A DNA stretch of 64,000 nucleotides. Origin: Minisyncoccota bacterium (GTDB taxonomy: Bacteria > Patescibacteriota > Minisyncoccia > UBA6257 > 2-01-FULL-56-20). The stretch covers positions 8,695-72,694 of the forward strand of contig JBAYLC010000005.1 in assembly GCA_041664245.1 (NCBI GenBank), given 5' to 3'. Shown here piece after piece: positions 39,246 to 46,998 of this stretch; the stretch's first letter is position 1; the number at the start of each line of letters is the position of its first letter. The notes under the pieces are model-generated. The model was given only the letters and a program-made list of their open reading frames with translations, was not told the origin of the DNA and did not search any database. Made by a program: the position numbers and the translations under genes.

Positions 39246-39947
39246 ATGAAAGCTGTCATTTTAGCCGGCGGGCTTGGAACTCGGCTCCGACCTATCACCT
39301 ACGAGATCCCAAAACCACTCCTTACGGTAAAAAAAGAGCCCATTCTAAATCATCTCATCAAGCTTTTCAAACGCCACCATATCTCCGAGGTCGGAGTTTT
39401 GGTTAGCCGTCAGCACGAAACCGACTTCGCTAGATGGCGAAAAACCTGGGCTAATGAACTTCCTTACGAGAAGATTAGCATATTTCATGAGGAGAAACCA
39501 AGCGGCACTTTTGGTTGGTTAAAGCACTTGCGCGACTGGTTGGGCGAAGAAAAGTTTATTCTCTCGAACGGAGACGAGCTTAAGGATTTTGATCTCACGG
39601 CACTTAAAAATTTCCACGAAACAAATAAACCGGTGGCTACTATCGCTCTTGTAAAAGTTCTAAATCCCAACGAATATGGCGTTCCGATTTTAGACGGACA
39701 CCATATTAAAGAATTTTTAGAAAAACCCGAAAATCCTCCTTCTAATTTTATTAACTCTGGTCTCTATATTCTTGAGCCGGAAATATTCGATTACGCTGAT
39801 TTGTCGAAAGAATTTCTCATGATTGAAAATGATGTTTTCCCAAATGTCGCCGTTGCTGGTAAGCTTCATGGTTATAAATTTGAAAACAGTCGCTGGTATG
39901 ATTGTGGTAACCTTGAGCGTTGGGAAAAAGCAATCAAGGAGTGGTAA
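39246..39947 (+). CDS. Sugar-phosphate nucleotidyltransferase (mannose-1-P guanylyltransferase-like)
   Basis: ILAGGLGTRLRPIT, PKPL, NGD, FLEKP, WYDCG; ATG 39246. Confidence 0.85.
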   Translation: MKAVILAGGLGTRLRPITYEIPKPLLTVKKEPILNHLIKLFKRHHISEVGVLVSRQHETDFARWRKTWANELPYEKISIFHEEKPSGTFGWLKHLRDWLGEEKFILSNGDELKDFDLTALKNFHETNKPVATIALVKVLNPNEYGVPILDGHHIKEFLEKPENPPSNFINSGLYILEPEIFDYADLSKEFLMIENDVFPNVAVAGKLHGYKFENSRWYDCGNLERWEKAIKEW

Positions 39948-39962
39948 TAATCCTTTATTTAA

Positions 39963-40967
39963 ATGAAAATTTTTATAACCGGCGCCAGTGGCTATATCGG
40001 TTCCCTCCTAATTAATTCCTGGCTTAGTAATCCCGAAATCGAAAAAATAATCGCTCTCGATGTTAAATCGCCGCGTTTTTTGTGGAACGAGAATAATCCC
40101 AAGATTCACTTTATTCAAAAAAATCTTGCCGACATAAACATAGAAGAAGAATTAAAATCTTTCGGCTCGGTCGACGTTGTCATCCACGCCGCTTATTTTA
40201 TCCGGACGCCTTATTTCAAAAAAGCCCTTATCTATCAACGGTATTCAAATTTTGACGGCGCCAAAAATATTTTTGAATTTTGTTTTAAAAATAACATAAA
40301 AAAATTAATTCATTTCGGCACCGTTGCTTCCTATGGTGCCCGTTTGGAAAATTCTCTAGATAAAAAATTCAGAGAATCTGACAGCCTTGAGGAGGAGGCG
40401 ATTGCTTATGGCTGTGACAAAAAAATTATTGAAGAAAATTTAAGCCAATTTTTTGAAGATCATAAACCTGCAACTGATGTTGTTGTTTTGCGTCTTGGTT
40501 CAGTTTCGGGTCCGTTTTTGATAAACACCGTAAAAAAAATTGGCCTGCTTAGTTTTTTTCGTGGGCTTTCACCGTTTATTCCAATAACCGGCGAACTCTC
40601 CGCTAGGCAATATATTCACGAAGACGATGTCGTCTCCGCTATTAATTTCTTGATTAGAAAAGGATCTTCCCAAAATGAAATTAATATTTACAATCTCGCC
40701 GCCGATTGTTATTTAACTTTCCGTGAAATTGCCTCCCGGCTTAAAAAGAAAACTATTAAAATTCCTTTTTCTTTGGCAAATCTAGTCTTTAGAATATTTT
40801 GGAATCTAAGTTGCGGTTTGGTGCCCACGCCGCCTAACGTAATCAATTCCTACACCTTTCCAATTATTGTTGATAATTCAAAACTAATTGCCGCTGGTTT
40901 TAAATATAAATTTAACTGCCAAGAATCTCTCCTCGGTTCGGCTGGAAAATTCGCCAACCCCCTCTAG
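39963..40967 (+). CDS. NAD-dependent epimerase/dehydratase family protein
   Basis: TGASGYIGS, HAAY, YGCDK, QYIHEDDV. Confidence 0.78.
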   Translation: MKIFITGASGYIGSLLINSWLSNPEIEKIIALDVKSPRFLWNENNPKIHFIQKNLADINIEEELKSFGSVDVVIHAAYFIRTPYFKKALIYQRYSNFDGAKNIFEFCFKNNIKKLIHFGTVASYGARLENSLDKKFRESDSLEEEAIAYGCDKKIIEENLSQFFEDHKPATDVVVLRLGSVSGPFLINTVKKIGLLSFFRGLSPFIPITGELSARQYIHEDDVVSAINFLIRKGSSQNEINIYNLAADCYLTFREIASRLKKKTIKIPFSLANLVFRIFWNLSCGLVPTPPNVINSYTFPIIVDNSKLIAAGFKYKFNCQESLLGSAGKFANPL

Positions 40968-40996
40968 ATTCCAATCCCCAATCTCTATTAGCCAGT

Positions 40997-42331
40997 TTAT
41001 TTTCCCGCAAAAGTCAGAATAGTTTTCAGGGTTTTTAGAACTATCAATAAATCCAGAACGAACGATCGGTTTTTCACGTAATAAATATCATAAGCTAGTC
41101 TTTCTATTGCTTCGTCCACCGAGCTGCCATATTTGTCCTGCACTTGCGCCCAGCCGGTTAATCCTGGTGCGATCACGGTTCTAATTTGATAATGAGGTAT
41201 TTTTTCCTTTAATAATTTATAAAAATCAACGAAATCCGCTCTTGGCCCGACGAAAGATAATTCTCCTCTTAGTATATTTATCACCTGCGGCAATTCATCC
41301 GCCCGCACTTTCCGAAGAATTTTTCCGATTCTAAAAACTCTTCCGTCATTTTCTACAACTCCGAACTCGGTGCCAACTTTTTTAAATTCATCGCTTCCCA
41401 CGCTCATCGTTCTAAATTTAAAAAGGGTAAAAATTTCTTCTTTTCTGCCCACTCTCTTATTGAGAAAAAAAGCCGGCCCTTTTGAGCTCGCCTTTATAAG
41501 TAGGATAATAAGCGGCCAAATCCAAATCGTAATTATTAAAACGATAAATGCCAATATTGAATCCTCAATTCTCTTAGCTATAATGTACAATCCGTTCCGT
41601 GGCCTTATCTTATCCAAAAACCAACTTTCCTCAAGCTCATCGATGGAGACTTTTCCCATAATCGCTTCATAAAATTCAGAAAAAGATGAGATCTCAACCC
41701 CCCTTAAAAGCTGTTTATATATTCTCTCTGCCATATCGCGATCGCTCTTTAAACTTGCTGGAATAACTAAAACATCATATCCGCCGTTACCAATTAAACT
41801 TTTTATTACTTCCAAGTCTAAATCATGAACCCAATGTAAAACCTTATATCCAAGCTGCGGATTATCAGTAAGGCAACTCACTAATTCTTCCGCATCTCTG
41901 CCTTTTCCAATAATACAAACCCCCATAAGCGGACTTGATTGTAGATAATGTTTGCACAAAAATTCCCTGAAAGAAAAAATAAGCACCCCGAAAATAATAA
42001 TCAAAAGAACTAAAATGGTTTTTGGCGCAATATCGAAATAGGGGAGTAAATAAAAAAACAAAATCGCCAAAACTGAGAATAAAATTATTCCAGTTAAAAA
42101 AAGTTTTACTCGCTGCATTCGTCGTCGGAATTTTCTAAGGTCATACAGGCCCACTATATAAAAAACAATCAGACCGAATAGAAGCAGAAAACTAAAAGGC
42201 CAAAGATGAAGCTTAAAAAGTTGCCAATTGAAACTCTCTGTATTCCTTATCAGGAGGGATAGGAAAAGGGCAAAGTAAAAAGAAAGCACGTCGAATATAA
42301 AGAATGAAAGTTTTTTTGTAGTCGTTTTCAT
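40997..42331 (-). CDS. Priming polyprenyl-phosphate glycosylphosphotransferase (WbaP/WcaJ-like)
   Basis: N-terminal TMs, KFRTM, DELPQ, SFVGPR, PGLTGWAQV, DIYY. Confidence 0.92.
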   Translation of the reverse strand: MKTTTKKLSFFIFDVLSFYFALFLSLLIRNTESFNWQLFKLHLWPFSFLLLFGLIVFYIVGLYDLRKFRRRMQRVKLFLTGIILFSVLAILFFYLLPYFDIAPKTILVLLIIIFGVLIFSFREFLCKHYLQSSPLMGVCIIGKGRDAEELVSCLTDNPQLGYKVLHWVHDLDLEVIKSLIGNGGYDVLVIPASLKSDRDMAERIYKQLLRGVEISSFSEFYEAIMGKVSIDELEESWFLDKIRPRNGLYIIAKRIEDSILAFIVLIITIWIWPLIILLIKASSKGPAFFLNKRVGRKEEIFTLFKFRTMSVGSDEFKKVGTEFGVVENDGRVFRIGKILRKVRADELPQVINILRGELSFVGPRADFVDFYKLLKEKIPHYQIRTVIAPGLTGWAQVQDKYGSSVDEAIERLAYDIYYVKNRSFVLDLLIVLKTLKTILTFAGK

Positions 42332-42425
42332 ATAGCTCTTGTTCTACTACTTTTAGAGGTCTTTTAGCAAGTCCCAGCCTTCTCTATGGACCCACTTAAT
42401 TATATTACTTTATTTCCCTATTTTC

Positions 42426-42455
42426 TTGACAGCCTCCTCAAGGAGGTGTTACAAT
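42426..42455 (+). promoter_or_regulatory. dsbA promoter with a palindrome in the spacer
   Basis: TTGACA-18 bp (contains CCTCCT-ca-AGGAGG)-TACAAT, 7 nt before the ATG. Confidence 0.6.
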
Positions 42456-42462
42456 CGAGACC

Positions 42463-43164
42463 ATGGATAACGAAAATAAAAATAATATGATGTTGCCGGT
42501 AAGCATCATCGTCGCTGCCATCTTGATTTCCGGCTCGATTTTTTTAGTCGTTGGAAATAAAAATTCCAATAATCCTGACGGGTTAGCTCAAGTTGGCGCC
42601 CAAGTTCCGGCCGATGTCAGTAAGGTCACCGACCAAGATGTTGTCTTAGGCGACACCAAGGCTCCGGTTTCTTTTATCGTTTATGCTGACTATCAATGTC
42701 CTTTTTGTGGAAAACTGTTTTCTGAAACAGAGCAGCCGATTATCGATACCTATGTAAAAACCGGCAAAGTTAAATTAGTCTATCGTAATTATTCGTTCCT
42801 CGGTCCTGAATCTTTTGCCGCCGCCGAAGCAGCTGAGGCTGCAAGAGAGCAAAGTAAATTTTGGGAATTCCACGATGCAATCTATCAAGCCGAAATTAAA
42901 GACGGCAAAGAAAACAACGGTAATCTTAACCGCGATTTATTCTTAAAAATTGCCGCCAACCTGAAATTAGATATTAAAGTTTTCACAGCCGCTATTGATA
43001 GCAAAAAATATGCTGACCTGATCAAAAAGCAAAGCGAAGCTGCCAATGCCGCCGGCATTAATTCCACTCCGGCCGTTTTTATTAATGACCAGAAAATTGA
43101 AGGGGCCTTACCTCTCGATCAGTTTAAAACAGTTATCGACGGAATTTTGGCTAAACAAAAATAA
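42463..43164 (+). CDS. DsbA/BdbD-family thiol-disulfide oxidoreductase, membrane anchored
   Basis: N-terminal TM, DYQCPFC, GINSTP, GALP. Confidence 0.9.
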   Translation: MDNENKNNMMLPVSIIVAAILISGSIFLVVGNKNSNNPDGLAQVGAQVPADVSKVTDQDVVLGDTKAPVSFIVYADYQCPFCGKLFSETEQPIIDTYVKTGKVKLVYRNYSFLGPESFAAAEAAEAAREQSKFWEFHDAIYQAEIKDGKENNGNLNRDLFLKIAANLKLDIKVFTAAIDSKKYADLIKKQSEAANAAGINSTPAVFINDQKIEGALPLDQFKTVIDGILAKQK

Positions 43165-43330
43165 TTTATATTGCGATTAAGTTAGCGTCGGCGCGACGAA
43201 TTCGTTTCGCCCGTTAATCAAAATCAAAAAAGGGCGAAAAACTCGCGTTTAATAAGTCTAACTATCAAGTTATTTTTCGGAATCAATTCGGAAAACACCT
43301 TATTTATCTCGGGTAAAAATAAATCAATTA

Positions 43331-43504
43331 ATGGATTATCAAAATAATCGGGAAGAGCGGAAGATGTTCAAGGGTGACTGGGCCTGTTCGAAATGTGGCG
43401 CTAAAATCACCGAACTTCCTTTCGAGCCGGATCCAAGCCGTTTGGGCCAGCTTCTCTGCCGCGACTGTCATCGTTCGATGCGGCAATCTTTCCGCCGTTA
43501 CTAA
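43331..43504 (+). CDS. Small zinc-ribbon protein (CxxC-x17-CxxC-like family), 57 aa, absent from the ORF track
   Basis: MDYQNNREERKMFKGDWACSKCGAKITELPFEPDPSRLGQLLCRDCHRSMRQSFRRY*; Cys pairs 20 aa apart. Confidence 0.85.
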   Translation: MDYQNNREERKMFKGDWACSKCGAKITELPFEPDPSRLGQLLCRDCHRSMRQSFRRY

Positions 43505-43604
43505 TTTCATCTCGGAGGTGAAATTATTCCGCCTGCCCGTCCGAAATATTGCTCAGCAATATGAAGCGAGAATTGCATTCAGGGATTACGATAAATAATG
43601 CAAC

Positions 43605-43647
43605 AAAAAACTCCCACCCCGCTATTTAGCAGAGACGGGAGTTTTTT
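43605..43647. terminator. Intrinsic terminator
   Basis: AAAAAACTCCC...GGGAGTTTTTT. Confidence 0.7.
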
Positions 43648-43685
43648 ATTTTAAGAGTTTTCAAAAACCCAGCACGTTCGACAAT

Positions 43686-43725
43686 AAAAAAAACGGCCTC
43701 TCGCTTGCATAAAGCGAGAGGCCGT
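43686..43725 (-). terminator. Strong intrinsic terminator (minus strand)
   Basis: 14-bp stem ACGGCCTCTCGCTT/AAGCGAGAGGCCGT followed by a U-tract on the minus strand. Confidence 0.8.
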
Positions 43726-43956
43726 CGGATTTAGTATCAACTAGTATCCCTCTAGCAGAGCGACAATCCCCGCGAGGAAAGCGTATTACATTATTTACAG
43801 TGATTAATCGCAAGATCACCGCTCCACCTCAAAGGACACGAGCTAAACCCATACTAACTCCAATTCGAATTTTCTAACCTCCTTCGCCAATTGTTCAAAT
43901 AACTAATCTCCGGTTGTTAAACCCCAATCTTTCATGGTTTTCCCAACCTCTAGACT
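43686..43956 (-). ncRNA. Candidate ~270-nt sRNA or decayed small gene
   Basis: Bounded by a consensus promoter (43963-43990) and a strong terminator, with only very short ORFs inside. Confidence 0.4.
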
Positions 43957-43962
43957 ACGACA

Positions 43963-43990
43963 ATTATAACAAACCCCCAAAAATTGTCAA
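43963..43990 (-). promoter_or_regulatory. Sigma70 promoter (extended -10)
   Basis: TTGACA-16 bp-TATAAT with TGn before the -10. Confidence 0.7.
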
Positions 43991-44059
43991 TGCATTCGAA
44001 AATTTAATAAAATCAGCTCTTCCTCCAGTTTTTATTAAGTGCTAAAATGGCCATAACTT

Positions 44060-44278
44060 ATGCTCAAATATAAAATTCAAATTTTTGTCGGCCTTTGGCT
44101 GATTATCTCTCCATGGCTATTTGGCGTGGATCAAGTTTTTCTTCTCAAGTGGAGTAATATTGCCGTTGGTCTTTTTATCTCACTGTCTGGTCTCTGGGAA
44201 GTGTTTGGTGAAAAACCAATTACAACCGGAACCGAAAAAACCGAACCAAAAAATTACAAGTCGAACCCTAAACTTTAA
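44060..44278 (+). CDS. SPW-repeat small membrane protein
   Basis: GLWLIISPWLFG...WSNIAVG. Confidence 0.75.
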   Translation: MLKYKIQIFVGLWLIISPWLFGVDQVFLLKWSNIAVGLFISLSGLWEVFGEKPITTGTEKTEPKNYKSNPKL

Positions 44279-44296
44279 ACCCTATTAGTTAATTCA

Positions 44297-45214
44297 ATGT
44301 ATGATCTGATAATTATCGGCGGCGGCCCTGGCGGCGTTTCTGCCGGCATCTATGCTGCCCGAAAAAAAATCAAAGCTCTGCTTATCACCGAAACCTTCGG
44401 CGGCCAGTCTTTAGTTTCGGCCGACATCCAAAATTGGATCGGCACCAAATCAATTTCCGGTTTTGATTTAGCGAAGTCTTTAGAAGAACATCTCAAAGCC
44501 CAAGAGGGGATAGAAATACTTGAAGGCGACCTCGTCGATTCCATTTCAAAAAAAGACAGCGGGTTTGAAATAAAAACCAAAGCCGGGAAATCATTTGAAA
44601 CTAAATATATTCTAGTTGCCTCCGGGAGCCGCCGCCGAAAACTTGGCGTTCCCGGAGAAGCTGAACACGACGGAAAAGGCGTAGCTTATTGCTCAATCTG
44701 CGATGCCCCGCTTTTTAACGGCAAAGAGGTGGCCGTAATCGGCGGTGGCAACGCCGGCCTTGAAGCCGTAATTGATCTCTTTCCCTACGCTTCCAAGATT
44801 TATCTTTTAGAATTTAGCGATGCCTTGAAAGGTGATCCCGTTACCCAAGAAAAAATTAAATCTAATCCTAAGATAGAAATTATTTTTGGCGCCAAAACTT
44901 TAGAAATTATAGGCGACACAAATGTTTCCAGTCTTAAGTATCTCGACCAAAAAAATAACGAAGAAAAAACTTTAGCCGTTCAAGGAGTTTTCATTGAAGT
45001 GGGAATCGCTCCTAACTCTGAATTTATGAAAGGTTTGGTAAATATAAATAATTTTGACGAAATTACCGTTGATCCTAAAACTTATCAAACTTCTTCTCCG
45101 GGGATCTGGGCAGTAGGGGATGTCACTGATTCTCTATATAAGCAAAATAACATCTCCGTCGGTGAAGCCGTCACGGCAACTCTCAATATTTACGAAAAAA
45201 TAACCAAAAGCTAA
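44297..45214 (+). CDS. trxB: Thioredoxin reductase (TrxB/AhpF-like)
   Basis: IIGGGPGG, CSICD redox pair, VIGGGNAG, AVGDVT. Confidence 0.88.
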   Translation: MYDLIIIGGGPGGVSAGIYAARKKIKALLITETFGGQSLVSADIQNWIGTKSISGFDLAKSLEEHLKAQEGIEILEGDLVDSISKKDSGFEIKTKAGKSFETKYILVASGSRRRKLGVPGEAEHDGKGVAYCSICDAPLFNGKEVAVIGGGNAGLEAVIDLFPYASKIYLLEFSDALKGDPVTQEKIKSNPKIEIIFGAKTLEIIGDTNVSSLKYLDQKNNEEKTLAVQGVFIEVGIAPNSEFMKGLVNINNFDEITVDPKTYQTSSPGIWAVGDVTDSLYKQNNISVGEAVTATLNIYEKITKS

Positions 45215-45218
45215 TCTA

Positions 45219-45287
45219 TTGACAAATTTGTATATTCACAATATAATCTAAACCTCAAAAATAGTGTGTTAAATACACGCTTTTTTT
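45219..45287 (+). promoter_or_regulatory. Consensus promoter followed directly by a terminator-like hairpin
   Basis: TTGACA-17-TATAAT (45219-45247); AGTGTGT-taaat-ACACGCT-TTTTTT (45263-45287). Confidence 0.6.
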
Positions 45288-45393
45288 GTTTCCAGCAACT
45301 TTATAAGAATTAAATAGGAAGGGAAAAGTAGTAATTCAGATCTATAAAAAAGCAGCAATCGTTCACTAATCCACAGAAAGAGAGGAAAAAGAA

Positions 45394-46353
45394 ATGAGGA
45401 AAGCCCTGCTATTTTCAATTATCTGCCTTTTGGCGATGACAATTTTTGGTTGTTCTGAGAGCCCCGTGTCACCGCCGAAAGAAAATCAATCTGGAAGTCT
45501 TCAGAGAGCCGGCGTTCTAAAGAAGGCCAGCGTCTTGGTCCAGGCGAAGTTTATGTTGCCGATGGTGGAAAAAAACTCCATCACGACTACATTCGTTTCA
45601 CTCTCGGATGATAGAAGGATCACCTCTCATATTACTCCAACGATGTCTCCGTCTGGAAACTACTACACATTTGAAGTATACGTCAGTCTACCGGCTTCGT
45701 CGGCGGGAACTCTTTATCGTTTCAAAGCGATTCTCGGACAACCCAATGATAATGCTCCGGCCGATTCAGTTTGGCCGGACAGAAACGTAACAGGCTGTGT
45801 TTTCCTAAACGGCATGGAGCCGAGTTATGGAAACAAGAACGAATTGTACTTCAAGGTATATCCCAACGGGACCGTTCTTATTGATGTCCAGAACGATGTC
45901 AAAGAGCTAGGGGAGAATATTTACCCCAAGTCGTATCTTGGGGTCATGGTTAACAAAGAACCAGACGGTAAGATTCATCAAATCGAAATCTCGGTGTTTA
46001 GATTAATTCCTGGCCGCCGGGGTAGTTTAATCTTGCAGCCAGTTTTCATTCCCGCGGAGATATTCTCCGGGGCAATACCGCCACTCGGAACAACTTGTTC
46101 CGGACTGGTTTCGTTTATTGGTCCAGCGGATGCCTGGACAAGGACTATCATGCCGAACCCGACGGAAGACGTGTACCTGACCGTTAGAGTCAGGTACTAC
46201 TCCGAAAGTTACGGCACCCAGGTGGTCCAGGAAATTTCCAGGGCTTCATTCGTTTTCTTTAGAACACCGGGATACAGGTGTGATTATCCTGGTTGCGATT
46301 TCCCGGTCTTCAAGATACCAGCTGCCGGTGGATGTGGTAACGGCAAAGGCTAA
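45394..46353 (+). CDS. Orphan secreted protein with lipobox-like signal
   Basis: MRKALLFSIICLLAMTIFG-C; RBS AGAGGA; Cys-rich C-terminus. Confidence 0.65.
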   Translation: MRKALLFSIICLLAMTIFGCSESPVSPPKENQSGSLQRAGVLKKASVLVQAKFMLPMVEKNSITTTFVSLSDDRRITSHITPTMSPSGNYYTFEVYVSLPASSAGTLYRFKAILGQPNDNAPADSVWPDRNVTGCVFLNGMEPSYGNKNELYFKVYPNGTVLIDVQNDVKELGENIYPKSYLGVMVNKEPDGKIHQIEISVFRLIPGRRGSLILQPVFIPAEIFSGAIPPLGTTCSGLVSFIGPADAWTRTIMPNPTEDVYLTVRVRYYSESYGTQVVQEISRASFVFFRTPGYRCDYPGCDFPVFKIPAAGGCGNGKG

Positions 46354-46381
46354 TACCAACCTCCTTCCTATTCTCTATTTG

Positions 46382-46471
46382 GTTTGTAATCCGCATCTTT
46401 GCGGATGCAAACGCAAAAAACACTCTGGCCAAGAGTGTTAAGAGCGTTCCAATCCAGGGCGCTCTTTTTTT
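46382..46471 (+). terminator. Three tandem hairpins ending in an intrinsic terminator
   Basis: ATCCGCA/TGCGGAT, AACACTCT/AGAGTGTT, AAGAGCG/CGCTCTT plus T-run. Confidence 0.65.
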
Positions 46472-46480
46472 AAAAATCAA

Positions 46481-46630
46481 AGAAGCGAATTTTTCTTTTT
46501 AGAGAAGCTATCGGAGGCGCGGCAAGCTAGGTTCTCGAGCTTGCGAGGGATTGCCGCGCCGAGATGCAGGGGGGTTCGAACCGCAGGAGTTCTAACAACC
46601 CCGGTTCTCTGAAAAGAAAAAGGAGCTTCC
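46481..46630. repeat. Nested palindromic (REP/MITE-like) intergenic element
   Basis: Outer arms TTTTCTTTTTAGAGA / TCTCTGAAAAGAAAA; inner GGCGCGGCAA/TTGCCGCGCC and GGGGTT/AACCCC hairpins. Confidence 0.6.
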
Positions 46631-46631
46631 C

Positions 46632-46660
46632 TTGACAGTCTTTCTCGGTCCGATTACACT
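46632..46660 (+). promoter_or_regulatory. groESL sigma70 promoter
   Basis: TTGACA-17 bp-TACACT. Confidence 0.8.
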
Positions 46661-46661
46661 A

Positions 46662-46688
46662 TTAGCACTCTTGGGTCGAGAGTGCTAA
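46662..46688 (+). promoter_or_regulatory. CIRCE element (HrcA operator)
   Basis: Perfect TTAGCACTC-N9-GAGTGCTAA upstream of groES. Confidence 0.97.
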
Positions 46689-46705
46689 TTTAAACCAAAA
46701 AATAA

Positions 46706-46996
46706 ATGAATTTTAAACCTTTATCCAATCATCTCTTTCTCGAACCAACAGAGGAAGAGAAAACCACTAAGTCGGGAATTGTTCTCCCGGACTCGGCGGA
46801 AAAAGAAAAACCTATTCGGGGCAAAGTTCTCGCCATCGGCCCCGGCAAGTTAAATGAAAAAGGCGAGCGAATCCAAATGTCGGTCAAGGTCGGCGACATT
46901 GTTCTCTTTAAAAAATACGGTCCCGACGAAATTGAAGTTGAGGGAAAGAAATATTTAGTCGGCGACGAGGATGATATCCTCGCAATCATTGAATAA
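46706..46996 (+). CDS. groES: Co-chaperonin GroES
   Basis: TKSGIVLPDSAEKEKP, GKVLAIGPG, VKVGD, DILAIIE. Confidence 0.97.
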   Translation: MNFKPLSNHLFLEPTEEEKTTKSGIVLPDSAEKEKPIRGKVLAIGPGKLNEKGERIQMSVKVGDIVLFKKYGPDEIEVEGKKYLVGDEDDILAIIE

Positions 46997-46998
46997 TC

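Noticed and set aside
43328-43598. Track ORFs 43328-43510(-) and 43374-43598(+)
   Set aside because: They overlap the better-supported zinc-ribbon ORF 43331-43504.
43840-43935. Amber recoding or alternative genetic code suggested by in-frame TAGs
   Set aside because: TAG and TGA terminate many clearly complete genes in this window.
46570-46600. tRNA gene suggested by GGTTCGAACC
   Set aside because: No cloverleaf on either strand; it is part of the palindromic element.
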